A stretch of DNA of 64,000 nucleotides from Oscillospiraceae bacterium (GCA_015063305.1 SVUJ01000005.1:34484-98483); one strand, 5' to 3'. Positions 37,327-47,676 are shown, numbered from the stretch's first letter. Numbers and translations: made by a program. Notes: generated by a model not told the origin, from the letters alone.

Positions 37327-39651
37327 ATGGTAATGTGTTCAAAATGCCACAAGAGAGTGGCTGTGGTTTTCGTGGCCAAGGTAGAGAACGGAAATAAGGT
37401 GACCGAGGGACTTTGTATGAAGTGTGCAAAGGAGCTTGGAATACCCGTTGAAACTATGCTCGGAAACGTTATGGATAAAATGGGTATCCCCGCCGAGATG
37501 CTTCAGGATATGGAGGGTATGGAGGGGGATATAAACGAATATCTTCAGGAGAACGGACTTATTCCGTCCCAAGGGGACGACGATGAGGAGGGCGGAGCTC
37601 CCGCCATACCTATGCCCAAGCTCTTTGAAACCCCGGCTGATGGTGTAGTGCCCTCAGAGCCTGATCCCAAGGGCGGAAGCTCGGCGAAGAAGGAAAAGGG
37701 AAAAGATAATAAGCCCAAGTTCAAATATCTCGACGTTTATTGCCGCAACCTTACAAGACGCGCGGCAGAGGGTAAGCTTGACAGAATAGTGGGCAGAGAG
37801 CGAGAGATGGAGAGAGTTATACAGATACTCTGCCGCAGACAGAAGAATAACCCTTGCCTTATCGGTGAGCCCGGTGTGGGTAAAACGGCTATAGCCGAGG
37901 CGCTCGCTCAGAGGATAGCCGAGGACAGAGTTCCTTATAAGCTCCGCGGAAAGCAGATATATCTTATGGACCTCACGGCGCTCGTTGCGGGTACGCAGTT
38001 CAGAGGACAGTTTGAGTCAAGGATACTCGGACTTCTCAACGAGGTCAAGGCGGCGGGTAATATAATCCTCGTTATAGACGAGGTGCACAACATCGTCGGA
38101 ACGGGAGATGCCGAGGGCGGTGTCAACGCGGCAAATATCCTCAAGCCCGCGCTTTCAAGAGGAGAGATACGAATCATAGGCGCAACAACGCTTAATGAGT
38201 ACAGAAAATATATAGAAAAGGATACGGCGCTCGAACGCCGCTTCCAGCCGGTAACGGTAAATGAGCCCTCTGTTGAGGAAACTGTCGAGATGCTTGGGGG
38301 CATCAAGCACTATTACGAGGACTTCCACGCTATCAGAATTCCCGATGACGTTGTCCGCAGAACGGTCGTGCTCTCGGAGAGATATATCACAGACCGCTAT
38401 TTGCCCGATAAAGCGATAGACCTTCTTGACGAGGCGGCATCGCATCTCTCGCTCTCAAGCTCTGTTCTCAATGAGGCTCAGGAGCTTCGTGAGCAGCTTC
38501 TCACACTCAAGGAGAAGAGAGAGGAGGCTGAGGCCCAAACACCTGTGAACGATAATGAGTCGCAGAAGCTTTATGAGGAGATAACCAAGATAAAGGCTGA
38601 CGAGCTTCGCCTGTCGCAAAGACTGCGCGAGATAGAACCCTCGTGCGAGAATGTGGTTCTTTCCGAAGAGGATATAGCTGAGGTCATAGAGGTTTGGACG
38701 GGAATTCCCGCCTCAAGCATATCGCAGAATGAATTTGAGAGAATAGATACCCTCAAGGAAAGACTGCTTGGACGAATCATCGGACAGGACCAGGCGGTAG
38801 AGGCGGTATCAAAGGCTATAAAGAGAAACAGAGCGGGAATATCCTACAAGAGAAAGCCTGTGTCCTTCATATTCGCAGGACCTACGGGAGTTGGAAAGAC
38901 AGAGCTTGTAAAAACTCTTGCGGCTGACCTCTTTAACTCGCCCGAAACGCTTATAAGACTTGATATGTCGGAGTTTATGGAGAAGCATTCGGTGTCGCGC
39001 ATCATAGGAGCGCCCCCCGGATACGTGGGATACGACGAGGCGGGACAGCTTACCGAGAAGATACGCCGCAGACCCTATTCGGTCATTTTGTTTGACGAGA
39101 TAGAGAAGGCGCACCCCGACGTGCTCAATATAATGCTTCAGATACTCGATGACGGAAGAATAACCGACGCCAGAGGAAAGACCGTCAATTTTGAGAATAC
39201 TATAATAGTTATGACCACCAACGCGGGTTCGGATAATTCGGCTGTGACCGTCGGCTTTGCGGCAGACTCACACAGCGCGTCGGAAAACAGAACGCTCAAG
39301 GCGCTCTCGGGCTTCCTTCGCCCCGAATTTTTGAACCGTGTTGACGAGATAATAACCTTCAACTCGCTCACCGAGCGTGATTTCTCGGCAATAGCCAAGA
39401 TAATGCTTGACGAGCTTAAGACGGCTCTCGGAGAGAAGAATATCCTCTTTAAGTACTCGGACGAGGCGGCGGATAAGATAGCTAAGGAATCCTATTCGCT
39501 CAAATTCGGCGCGAGAAATATGAGAAGATATATCCGTTCTCACGTTGAGGATCAGCTTGCCGAGAAGATAATCTCGGATTATAACGGAAGCATAGGTATC
39601 GCGTCACTCTTTGTGGACGACGAAGGAAAACTTACTGTTGAGTGTGTTTGA
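37327..39651 (+). CDS. ClpC/ClpB-type double-AAA+ ATPase with an N-terminal CxxC...CxxC zinc-ribbon in place of the Clp_N repeat domain
   Basis: Two Walker A motifs (GEPGVGKTA and GPTGVGKTE). A coiled-coil middle region. N-terminus MCSKCHKRVAVVF...GLCMKCAKELG. Confidence 0.8.
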   Translation: MVMCSKCHKRVAVVFVAKVENGNKVTEGLCMKCAKELGIPVETMLGNVMDKMGIPAEMLQDMEGMEGDINEYLQENGLIPSQGDDDEEGGAPAIPMPKLFETPADGVVPSEPDPKGGSSAKKEKGKDNKPKFKYLDVYCRNLTRRAAEGKLDRIVGREREMERVIQILCRRQKNNPCLIGEPGVGKTAIAEALAQRIAEDRVPYKLRGKQIYLMDLTALVAGTQFRGQFESRILGLLNEVKAAGNIILVIDEVHNIVGTGDAEGGVNAANILKPALSRGEIRIIGATTLNEYRKYIEKDTALERRFQPVTVNEPSVEETVEMLGGIKHYYEDFHAIRIPDDVVRRTVVLSERYITDRYLPDKAIDLLDEAASHLSLSSSVLNEAQELREQLLTLKEKREEAEAQTPVNDNESQKLYEEITKIKADELRLSQRLREIEPSCENVVLSEEDIAEVIEVWTGIPASSISQNEFERIDTLKERLLGRIIGQDQAVEAVSKAIKRNRAGISYKRKPVSFIFAGPTGVGKTELVKTLAADLFNSPETLIRLDMSEFMEKHSVSRIIGAPPGYVGYDEAGQLTEKIRRRPYSVILFDEIEKAHPDVLNIMLQILDDGRITDARGKTVNFENTIIVMTTNAGSDNSAVTVGFAADSHSASENRTLKALSGFLRPEFLNRVDEIITFNSLTERDFSAIAKIMLDELKTALGEKNILFKYSDEAADKIAKESYSLKFGARNMRRYIRSHVEDQLAEKIISDYNGSIGIASLFVDDEGKLTVECV

Positions 39652-39653
39652 AT

Positions 39654-42350
39654 ATGAACGAAAAATGGTTTGTATCCGATATTTCGGATATTGAAAAAAA
39701 GCTTAAGACCAACGCCGCCTCAGGAATCACCCCCAAGGCGGCGCGTTCTCGATTGAGAAAGAACAGGTCTTTATTTTACATAAAGCCGAGAAAGAGCGTT
39801 GCGGCTATGCTCGGCGAGATAGTTACCGATTTTGCCCTTCTTTTGCTTATAATATCCTCGGTGATAGCGCTCTGCTTTACCGAGTACACAACGGGAGTGA
39901 CGATAAGCCTTATCGTTCTGCTCAATCTCGGGGCTTGTCTGTTTTTGTATTTCAAGTCGCAAAGACTTTTTGAGTCGCTCTCGGCGTTCTTCCGTCCTAC
40001 GGTGACGGTGATACGCTCGGGCAAGGCGTTTTCGGTAGACCCCGAAAGCGTGGCGGTCGGTGACGTGGTGCTGATATCCGAGGGGGATATGCTCAGCTTT
40101 GATGCAAGGCTCGTCACATCCGATAACCTCAGGGTTATGGTGAGGGTGGACAGAGAGACCGAGGAGGAGGCAGAGAAGCTTGCGGGGGCAAGTGTACGCG
40201 AGAACGAAAATGACGTCAGAAAGATGTTCAATATGGTCCACGCGGGTTCTCGTGTGACGTCGGGAAGCGCGAGAGCTATAGTCACGGCTACGGGAAGATA
40301 TACCTATTACGGCGCGATGACGGGCGGTATAGTTATGCCCGCGCTCAAGGAGATACCGCACGGTCTCAAGCTGCTCAGAAAATACTGCTCGGGCTTTGGA
40401 ATGGCGATAATGATAGCCGTTGTTCCTTTCAGTCTGCTCTGCCTTATATTCAGCAAGGGAAACGTAACGCTGATGACGACATTTATGGCGGCGTTGGCGA
40501 TAGCGGCGTCCTCAATGTCACAGCTCTCCTGTACGGTCTGCCGAGCTTTCTTTGAAAAGCAGGCAAGAAAGTGCTTGCAGGGTAAGAACGCGGCGGTATT
40601 GAGAAGCTCCGAGGTTATGGACAAGCTCGTGTCCTGTGAATATATCTTTATGCTTGACGGAAGTGCCGTGAGCGACGGTGTCCTTCATTTTTACAAGGCT
40701 ATATGCGCCGAGGGCGAGATAGTGGAGTTTTCCGCTATGAGCCCCGCTATGACCGCTTTTTCGGAGCTTGTGGCGCTTTATGACTCTGCGGAGAGCAGAA
40801 CGCTGACCACGGGTGTCCACGCGCCCGGGCGCTACAGAGGGGCGCTCAGGGAATTTATACGGCGCTCGGCGGTAGATTCCGAGGCGCTTAAGATAAGATG
40901 CACTATCGGCGGCTACGTACCGGGAAGCTCTGCCGATATGACCGATAAGCTGTTCTATTCAGACAGAGGAAAGCGCTATGTTCTCAACGTTTCGCAGGGG
41001 AACGATAAGCTCGCGCTTTGCCGGAGAGCTTATTTCGGAAGCAGGATAGTTGATATAAGCCCCGAGGAAAGAGAAGCCTTCCTTTCGGAATATGAAAAAT
41101 ATAAAAAGCAGGGAAAGGACCTTCTCGTTTTCACTCTCACAGAGGGAGAATTTGATGAGGCTCATATTTTCGGCGGAATGATAGTTCTCTCCGAGAAGAA
41201 CGACAGCGCCTTCAAAAAGGCTATATCCGAGCTTAACGCTATGGGAGTGAAGACCGTGTCCTTTGCAGGACGCATAAACGGAGCAGAGCAGGGAGAGGAC
41301 AGCCTTCCCGCGCCTATGGTAGGAAAATGCGCGACTTTTGCGGATTTTACCGCTAACAAGCTTCCCATTACCTATGATTTCGGACTTATAGACACCTACC
41401 TCGATTTTGGGGCGAAGCAGATAGATACGCTTATAAGATACGTACATTCGGTGAACAAAAAGGTTGCGGTGATATCCTTCTCCGAGCTTTACCGAGAGCT
41501 TTCGGAAAAGCCAGACGTTCTCGTTAGCTGCTCGGCAATGCAGTACCGTTTTTCGGGAAGGCTTGAGGAGGAGATAGAAATACTTGAGCTTCCGGGCGGA
41601 GCGGAGAGCCGCTGTTGCCGACAGGACGTAAAGACAAGCGCTGACGTTATCATACCAAGACCCTCATCGGGCTCGGGTGGACTTGCCTCGCTCAAACGGG
41701 CGTTCATGCTGGCGGGTGCTGTGTATAACAATCTTTCGGGATTTTTCAGATACGTGCTGTGCAGTCAGTTTATAAGACTTGTTATGGTGATGCTTCCGAT
41801 GGTCTTCGGAGAGGCGTTCCTTGACGCAAGACACGCGCTGTTCTGCGGATTTATCGTGGATATGCTTGTTATGATGATATTCGTGAGCGAGAAATGCGGA
41901 GCGGAGAACGCAAGGGGATTCAGGAGCATATCGGGAGAATTCCGAACTCCGATAAAGAACAACGCGGGAATGATAATAGCTTCCTGCATAGGCGGACTTT
42001 CGGCGGTATTCCTTCCTAATATAATAGGATATATAGGATTTATGGGTCAGTACTTCTATCAGACCGAATATCTCTTTATATCGATGATACTTTTGCATAT
42101 AACGCTTATGTATTGTATAAGGATAGATAATCTGAGAAGGTTTGGGGAGGCGGATATAAACAGGTTCGCGATAGGGCTTGACGTCTTCGCGCTGCTGTTT
42201 GTTATATCCTGCTTCGCAATAGCGCCGATAGGGGTATTCTTCGACGTGCTGGAGATAACAATTCCTTATCTGATTTTGACGGTAGTTCCGTCTGCGGTGT
42301 GCGCTCTTATGTATTTCCTTATTGGAAACTTCAGAGTTCGTACAGAGTGA
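39654..42350 (+). CDS. P-type ATPase-like membrane protein with degenerate catalytic motifs (probable pseudo-ATPase)
   Basis: Cation_ATPase_N-like start (IEKKLKTNAASGITPKAARSRLRKN), a TM1-2 hairpin, an A-domain-like segment, and 4+ C-terminal TM helices. The DKTGT, TGES, TGD and GDGxND positions read DGSAV, RETEEE, AGR and SFSELY. Confidence 0.7.
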   Translation: MNEKWFVSDISDIEKKLKTNAASGITPKAARSRLRKNRSLFYIKPRKSVAAMLGEIVTDFALLLLIISSVIALCFTEYTTGVTISLIVLLNLGACLFLYFKSQRLFESLSAFFRPTVTVIRSGKAFSVDPESVAVGDVVLISEGDMLSFDARLVTSDNLRVMVRVDRETEEEAEKLAGASVRENENDVRKMFNMVHAGSRVTSGSARAIVTATGRYTYYGAMTGGIVMPALKEIPHGLKLLRKYCSGFGMAIMIAVVPFSLLCLIFSKGNVTLMTTFMAALAIAASSMSQLSCTVCRAFFEKQARKCLQGKNAAVLRSSEVMDKLVSCEYIFMLDGSAVSDGVLHFYKAICAEGEIVEFSAMSPAMTAFSELVALYDSAESRTLTTGVHAPGRYRGALREFIRRSAVDSEALKIRCTIGGYVPGSSADMTDKLFYSDRGKRYVLNVSQGNDKLALCRRAYFGSRIVDISPEEREAFLSEYEKYKKQGKDLLVFTLTEGEFDEAHIFGGMIVLSEKNDSAFKKAISELNAMGVKTVSFAGRINGAEQGEDSLPAPMVGKCATFADFTANKLPITYDFGLIDTYLDFGAKQIDTLIRYVHSVNKKVAVISFSELYRELSEKPDVLVSCSAMQYRFSGRLEEEIEILELPGGAESRCCRQDVKTSADVIIPRPSSGSGGLASLKRAFMLAGAVYNNLSGFFRYVLCSQFIRLVMVMLPMVFGEAFLDARHALFCGFIVDMLVMMIFVSEKCGAENARGFRSISGEFRTPIKNNAGMIIASCIGGLSAVFLPNIIGYIGFMGQYFYQTEYLFISMILLHITLMYCIRIDNLRRFGEADINRFAIGLDVFALLFVISCFAIAPIGVFFDVLEITIPYLILTVVPSAVCALMYFLIGNFRVRTE

Positions 42351-42448
42351 AATAGGACAAACAACTAAAGAATTAAGGGTGTTTTGCGAGCATAGATTTT
42401 AATGACTTGCAAAACACCTTTTAATTTTTCGATAAGGAGGAGAGCGAT

Positions 42449-42736
42449 ATGGAGCGCTTCAGTACCTGTGAGCTTCGTGAGAAGGAGGTGGTAAATATCT
42501 GTGACGGCGCAAGGCTGGGATGTCCCTCGGATTTTGAATTTAACGTTTGCGATGGAAGGATAACCGCCCTCATAGTGCCAAGAGGCTGCGGATTTTTAGG
42601 GTTTGGAAGAGATGATATAATAATTCCTTGGTGCAAGATAGAGTGCATAGGGAGCGATACGATACTTGTAAAACTCTCGCCCGAGGAGTATCGGCAGAGG
42701 GAAATCGATAAGAAAAAGAAGAAAAGCTTTTGGTAA
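42449..42736 (+). CDS. ylmC: YlmC/YmxH family sporulation protein (PRC-barrel)
   Basis: ELREKEVVNICDGARLG...DFEF...GRITALIVP...IPWCKIECIG is the family pattern. AAGGAGG RBS. Confidence 0.8.
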   Translation: MERFSTCELREKEVVNICDGARLGCPSDFEFNVCDGRITALIVPRGCGFLGFGRDDIIIPWCKIECIGSDTILVKLSPEEYRQREIDKKKKKSFW

Positions 42737-42769
42737 TTGTAAACAATTTGTAAAATCGCAAAAGTGCTC

Positions 42770-42798
42770 TTGAAGAGATATAAGTAATATGGTATAAT
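42770..42798 (+). promoter_or_regulatory. Sigma-A promoter for rpsB-tsf
   Basis: TTGAAG, 17 nt, TATAAT, with an upstream TGg (extended -10). Confidence 0.6.
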
Positions 42799-42929
42799 AT
42801 CCGTTGCGTCGGCGTGAGCGCCGATAGTATACAAATACACACACATGGCTACAGAGCGTGACGGTGTTGCCAAAAGGCAATGAAAATGCAGAAGCTATGT
42901 GGTGGAAAAACCGAAGGAGGACATTTAAA

Positions 42930-43673
42930 ATGTCAGTAATTTCAATCAAACAGCTGCTTGAAGCAGGCGTCCATTTCGGACATCACACAAGAAGATGGAA
43001 CCCCAAGATGCAGGAGTACATCTTCACAGAGAGAAACGGTATCTACATCATCGACCTTCAGAAGACCGTAAAGAAGTTTGAGGAAGCTTATAACTTCGTA
43101 CGCGATATATCTGCTGAGGGCGGTACGATCCTCTTCGTAGGAACAAAGAAGCAGGCTGCAGATGCTATCAAGGAAGAGGCAACACGTTGCGGAATGTACT
43201 ACGTAAACGTTCGTTGGCCCGGCGGAATGATGACCAACTTTAAGACAATAAAGAGATCCATCAGCCGTCTTAACAGCCTTGAAAAGATGCAGGAGGACGG
43301 AACATTTGATCTTCTTCCCAAGAAGGAAGTTGCTATCAAGCAGAAGGAAATGTTCGACCTCGAGAAGAACTATGGCGGTATCAAGACCATGGAAACTCTC
43401 CCCTCCGCTCTCTTTATAGTTGACCCCAAGAAGGAAGCAAACGCAGTTCTTGAGGCTAAGAAGCTCGGTATACCGGTAATCGCTATCGTTGACACCAACT
43501 GTGACCCCGATGATGCAGATTACATCATTCCCGGAAACGATGACGCTATCCGCGCTATCAAGCTCATCTCCGCAGCTCTCGCAGACGCTGTTATCGAAGG
43601 CAGACAGGGCGAGCAGACCGTAGAGGCTGAGGCTGTTGCTGAGGCTGAGGAAGCTGTAGCAGACGCTGAGTAA
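42930..43673 (+). CDS. rpsB: 30S ribosomal protein S2
   Basis: AAGGAGG RBS before ATG 42930. [27 protein letters not shown]. Confidence 0.97.
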   Translation: MSVISIKQLLEAGVHFGHHTRRWNPKMQEYIFTERNGIYIIDLQKTVKKFEEAYNFVRDISAEGGTILFVGTKKQAADAIKEEATRCGMYYVNVRWPGGMMTNFKTIKRSISRLNSLEKMQEDGTFDLLPKKEVAIKQKEMFDLEKNYGGIKTMETLPSALFIVDPKKEANAVLEAKKLGIPVIAIVDTNCDPDDADYIIPGNDDAIRAIKLISAALADAVIEGRQGEQTVEAEAVAEAEEAVADAE

Positions 43674-43710
43674 TAACTAAAAGATATTATAACGAAAGGA
43701 AGATATAAAA

Positions 43711-44643
43711 ATGGCTAACATCACAGCTAAGGACGTTGCTGCTCTCAGAGCAAAGACCGGTATCGGTATGATGGAGTGCAAGAAGGCACTTGTTGAGGCA
43801 AACGGCGACGTTGAAGAGGCAATAAAGATACTCCGCAAGAGAGGAGAGCTTAAGGCAGAGGCTAAGGCAGCAACAAGAATAGCTGCAGACGGTATCGTTG
43901 ACATCATGAAGGACGGCAACGTAACCGCAATGATCGAGGTAAACTCTGAAACAGACTTCGTTGCAAAGAACGCTTCCTTCCAGGAGTTCGTAAAGAACCT
44001 GCTTAAGACAATAATCGCAAACAAGCCCGCTGATCTCGACGCACTTCTCGCAAGTGAGTACGTTGACGGAAGCGCAACCGTTGAGGCAAAGCTCAAGGAG
44101 ATGATCTTCGTTATCGGAGAGAAGCTCAGCATCCGCCGTTTCGTAGTTGTAGAGGGCGTTACAAGCACCTACATCCACGGCACAGGTTCTATCGGTGTTG
44201 TTGTATCCTTCGACGTTGATGCGGCAGTGGCAGAGAAGGACGAGTTCGTTGCATTCGCAAAGAACGTAGCACTTCAGGTTGGCGCATACCCCACACCTTA
44301 TCTTGATCGCGAGTCTGTTCCCGCTTCTGTTATCGAGGAAGAGAAGAACATTCTTATGGCTCAGATCGCTAACGATCCCGCAAACGCTAAGAAGCCCGCA
44401 CAGATCATCGAGAAGATGGTTTCGGGAAGAATCGGCAAGTTCTATGACAACAACTGTCTGCTTGATATGTCCTATGTAAAGGACGATGAGATCAAGGTTG
44501 GCAAGTACGTTGAGAACACCGCTAAGGAGCTTGGCGCTGCTATCAAGGTAACAGGCTTCCACCGCTTTGAAAAGGGTGAGGGAATCCAGAAGAGAGAAGA
44601 GAACTTTGCAGACGAGATAGCAAAGCTCACTAATAAACAGTAA
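43711..44643 (+). CDS. tsf: Translation elongation factor Ts
   Basis: ITAKDVAALRAKTGIGMMECKKALVEANGDVEEAIKILR (UBA-like N-terminus). Follows rpsB. Confidence 0.97.
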   Translation: MANITAKDVAALRAKTGIGMMECKKALVEANGDVEEAIKILRKRGELKAEAKAATRIAADGIVDIMKDGNVTAMIEVNSETDFVAKNASFQEFVKNLLKTIIANKPADLDALLASEYVDGSATVEAKLKEMIFVIGEKLSIRRFVVVEGVTSTYIHGTGSIGVVVSFDVDAAVAEKDEFVAFAKNVALQVGAYPTPYLDRESVPASVIEEEKNILMAQIANDPANAKKPAQIIEKMVSGRIGKFYDNNCLLDMSYVKDDEIKVGKYVENTAKELGAAIKVTGFHRFEKGEGIQKREENFADEIAKLTNKQ

Positions 44644-44655
44644 ATAGGTTATTTT

Positions 44656-44689
44656 AGGGGAAACTTTTTTGAGGTTTCCCCTGTTTTTT
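44656..44689 (+). terminator. Intrinsic terminator after tsf
   Basis: Stem aggggaaac/gtttcccct followed by gtttttt. Confidence 0.75.
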
Positions 44690-44741
44690 GTTGTTTTGGA
44701 AAGAAAATATTAAATTATTTAATAATAAAGATAAAAAACTC

Positions 44742-44770
44742 TTGACAAAAGAGAAAAAATATGGTTTAAT
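44742..44770 (+). promoter_or_regulatory. Sigma-A promoter for rpmH-rnpA
   Basis: TTGACA, 17 nt, TTTAAT, with a TGg extended -10. Confidence 0.5.
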
Positions 44771-44874
44771 ATAATGGTGTCATTGAAAGATTGGCAGTGC
44801 AAACAAGCAACACGCTTCCGGAAAGTTCCGGATATTCGTGTCCGGAAGTAATAAATGGTAAGGAGGTGCACAAA

Positions 44875-45009
44875 ATGCTCAGAACATATCAGCCTAAGAA
44901 GAGACAGAGAAAGAAAGAGCACGGCTTCAGAAAGAGAATGGCTACGGCAGACGGAAGAAACGTCCTCAAGAGAAGACGCGCAAAGGGCAGAAAAAGACTG
45001 ACCTATTAA
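44875..45009 (+). CDS. rpmH: 50S ribosomal protein L34
   Basis: AAGGAGG RBS. 44 aa: [44 protein letters not shown]. Confidence 0.97.
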   Translation: MLRTYQPKKRQRKKEHGFRKRMATADGRNVLKRRRAKGRKRLTY

Positions 45010-45121
45010 TTAAAATCTCAGCTTTGATATAAAAACCGCCGATGACACTGAAAGCAGAAATGTTGTTTTCCAAGTACATCGGGGTTTTTGCTATTCAAAG
45101 ATAGTAGAGAAAGAGAAACAA

Positions 45122-45517
45122 ATGAAAGAAACTGCTATAAGAGAAAATCATCTTTATAACAAGGCGTATACCCGCGGCAAAAGAGCGGTGGGAAAATGCG
45201 TTGCGGTGTATGTTCTCAAGGATCTTGCGGCAAAACGGTTGAAGAAGGCTAACCCCGAGGGCGAGTATATAAACAGACTCGGAATAACCGTTTCCAAAAA
45301 GATCGGAGGAGCGGTAGAGCGAAATCGCGCTAAGCGAATAATCAGAGCCGCATACAGAGCACACGCAGACAAGCTTCGCCGCGGAAACCTGATAGTGATA
45401 AGCGCAAGAGCGGCAATATCGGGAAAGAAGAGCGGAGATATAGAGGTTGAACTTTTAAAGGCTTTCAGAGAACTTGGATTGATGGCGGAAATACCGCCGA
45501 AAACGGAAGAAAAATGA
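45122..45517 (+). CDS. rnpA: Ribonuclease P protein component
   Basis: Basic ~130-aa protein with the RNR-like motif ([16 protein letters not shown]). Follows rpmH. Confidence 0.9.
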   Translation: MKETAIRENHLYNKAYTRGKRAVGKCVAVYVLKDLAAKRLKKANPEGEYINRLGITVSKKIGGAVERNRAKRIIRAAYRAHADKLRRGNLIVISARAAISGKKSGDIEVELLKAFRELGLMAEIPPKTEEK

Positions 45518-45783
45518 AACATGTTTGCATTTGGTTGGTACGGCTGTACCAAAAGTTTCTTTCGCCGCTGAAGGGTGGCCCAACATGTCGGTTTACGCCG
45601 ACGTGCTCAGCCTACGCCATTGAGGCGTTTACTAAACGTGGCTTTTTCGTTGGATTTGGACTAACGGTGTGGCGCATATTGCGCTGTAATCCGTTTTGTG
45701 TGGGAGGGCACGACCCCGTGCCGCCGAAGAAGATCCCGAAATACAAGGGCAGAGCGGACAGAGAAACAGAAGAAGAACAATGA
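45514..45783 (+). CDS. yidD: Membrane protein insertion efficiency factor YidD
   Basis: [27 protein letters not shown]...[12 protein letters not shown] overlap with rnpA. Confidence 0.9.
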   Translation: MKHVCIWLVRLYQKFLSPLKGGPTCRFTPTCSAYAIEAFTKRGFFVGFGLTVWRILRCNPFCVGGHDPVPPKKIPKYKGRADRETEEEQ

Positions 45784-45822
45784 CAGGCATTTTGCCAAAA
45801 AAGAGAGAGGAAATTCCGCAGC

Positions 45823-47010
45823 TTGTGCGGAAGAACAACATCTATGGGAAATATTGGAGATTTTTTGATAAGCATACCCGGATGGCTTTTGAACTGGTGT
45901 AACAAGATAGTTGGCAATCAGTATATATTTGCGTTGCTGATATTTGCCTTTATCGTTGAGATAATCCTTTTGCCGTTTGGTATCAAGCAACAGAAAAACG
46001 CGATAAAGCAGGCTAAGATGCGTCCTAAGGAAATGGCGATCCGCAAGAAATACGCGGGACGCGATGACCAGGCAACTAAGCAGAAAATGTCGATGGAAAT
46101 TCAGGAGATGTATCAGAAGGAAGGATACAACCCTATGGGCGGATGTCTTCCCTTGCTCATACAGTTTCCTATAATCATTGCGCTCTATAATATCGTGATG
46201 AACCCGCTCAAATATATATGCGGTATGTCAACACAGGCGATAAATGAGGTCATCGCAAAGGTACAGTCCTTCCCGGAATATGCAAACACTACCTTCACGG
46301 CAAACAGAAATATCGACCTTATGTCGGCAATGAAGAAGATAATAGAAAATCACGGTAACGTATTTACAGCGCAGGGAATCGAATCGGTCGATGCGCTTCC
46401 TAATCTGAGTATGTTTGGCGGGGCAGTAGATCTTGCGGCAACCCCCTCGTTTAGCAACTTCAACTGGCTTTTGCTCATTCCCGTGCTTACCTTCCTTGCT
46501 TACTTCTTCAGCATGAAGATAAACAAAAAGCTTATGTATAATCCCGCGCAGAACGACCCCGCAATGGGTTGCTCTAACAAGATGATGGATTATATTATGC
46601 CCCTGATGAGCGTATTTATTACCTTTGGTGTTCCCGCGGCACTCGGCGTTTACTGGATATTCAAGTGCATTATAGGCGTTATCAAGCAGGCGCTTCTGAG
46701 TGTTTGTATGCCTATGCCCAAGCTCTCCGAGGAAGAGATAAAGGCGGCGGAGCAGGAATATAACGCTAAGGCTTCAAAGAAGCCCGAGAGAAATCTTCCC
46801 GAGGGTAAGAAGTACCGTTCGCTTCACCATATAGACGATGAGGACGAGGTGGTAAGTACACCTGCGGTCACAGAGCCTAAGAAGGTTGAAGAAAAGACCG
46901 AGGAGAAAGAGCCCGTAGTTGAGCGCGCTGAGCTTAAAGAGGACAACACCGAGGAAAATTTGCGCGCTTACCGCAAAAAATTCAACAAAAAAGACGACGA
47001 TAAAAATTAA
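45823..47010 (+). CDS. yidC: Membrane protein insertase YidC/SpoIIIJ family (start uncertain: TTG 45823 or ATG 45844)
   Basis: Conserved KMRPKEMAIRKKY...YQKEGYNPMGGCLPLLIQFPI region. Long Lys/Glu-rich C-terminal tail. Synteny. Confidence 0.88.
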   Translation: MCGRTTSMGNIGDFLISIPGWLLNWCNKIVGNQYIFALLIFAFIVEIILLPFGIKQQKNAIKQAKMRPKEMAIRKKYAGRDDQATKQKMSMEIQEMYQKEGYNPMGGCLPLLIQFPIIIALYNIVMNPLKYICGMSTQAINEVIAKVQSFPEYANTTFTANRNIDLMSAMKKIIENHGNVFTAQGIESVDALPNLSMFGGAVDLAATPSFSNFNWLLLIPVLTFLAYFFSMKINKKLMYNPAQNDPAMGCSNKMMDYIMPLMSVFITFGVPAALGVYWIFKCIIGVIKQALLSVCMPMPKLSEEEIKAAEQEYNAKASKKPERNLPEGKKYRSLHHIDDEDEVVSTPAVTEPKKVEEKTEEKEPVVERAELKEDNTEENLRAYRKKFNKKDDDKN

Positions 47011-47028
47011 TCATAACGGAGAAATAAC

Positions 47029-47673
47029 GTGAAAAAAGAAATTGTTATGAGTGCTAAGACCGTTGAGGAAGCACTCGAGCTGGCTGCTAAGGAGCTTGGC
47101 GTAGACAGCGTTGAAAAGATAGAATATACAGTTCTTGAAGAGCCGAAGAAGGGACTTTTCGGAATAGGAGCAGTTCCCGCAAAGATATCCGCAAGCTGTG
47201 TTTGCGGAGGTGAGGCTGACGCGCTCGCGCTTGTTGAGGAGCTTATCGCTAATATGAACGTTGAGGCTACCGTATCTATGAGCGACGGCGAGTCGGGCGA
47301 GAAGAAGATAGTTATCGAGGGCGGAAATGCCGCAATCCTTATAGGACACCACGGTGAAACGCTTGACGCGCTCCAGTACCTCGCAAATCTTGCGGCAAAT
47401 AAAAAGGTTGCGGGTGAGAAGAGAGAGTACGTTAAGATAACCGTTGACGTTGAGGGTTACCGCGCTAAGCGCGAGGAAACACTCAGAGCTCTTGCAAGAA
47501 GAATGGCAGATAAGGTTCTCAAATATAAGAAGAGCGTTATGCTTGAGCCGATGAATCCTTACGAGAGAAGAATAATCCATTCTGAGGTACAGAAGATAGA
47601 GGGCGTTTCTACAAACTCTATCGGTTCTGACGGAAACAGAAAGGTAGTTATGTACCTTGACGCAAAGAAGTAA
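47029..47673 (+). CDS. jag: RNA-binding protein Jag/KhpB (Jag_N, KH, R3H)
   Basis: GTG start after GGAG. IGHHGETLDALQYL (KH-like) and EPMNPYERRIIHSEV (R3H). Follows yidC. Confidence 0.88.
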   Translation: MKKEIVMSAKTVEEALELAAKELGVDSVEKIEYTVLEEPKKGLFGIGAVPAKISASCVCGGEADALALVEELIANMNVEATVSMSDGESGEKKIVIEGGNAAILIGHHGETLDALQYLANLAANKKVAGEKREYVKITVDVEGYRAKREETLRALARRMADKVLKYKKSVMLEPMNPYERRIIHSEVQKIEGVSTNSIGSDGNRKVVMYLDAKK

Positions 47674-47676
47674 TAT

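Noticed and set aside
42799-42929. rpsB 5' leader as an S2 autoregulatory RNA structure.
   Set aside because: Some local complementarity exists (gcgtcggcg/cgccgat, ggtgttgcc/ggcaa). I cannot match it to a known leader motif by eye, so the evidence is insufficient.
44644-44874. oriC / DnaA-box cluster next to rpmH.
   Set aside because: There is no dnaA gene and no TTATCCACA-type boxes in the rpmH upstream region. The one TTATCCACA I saw (about 2102-2110) is inside murE and isolated.
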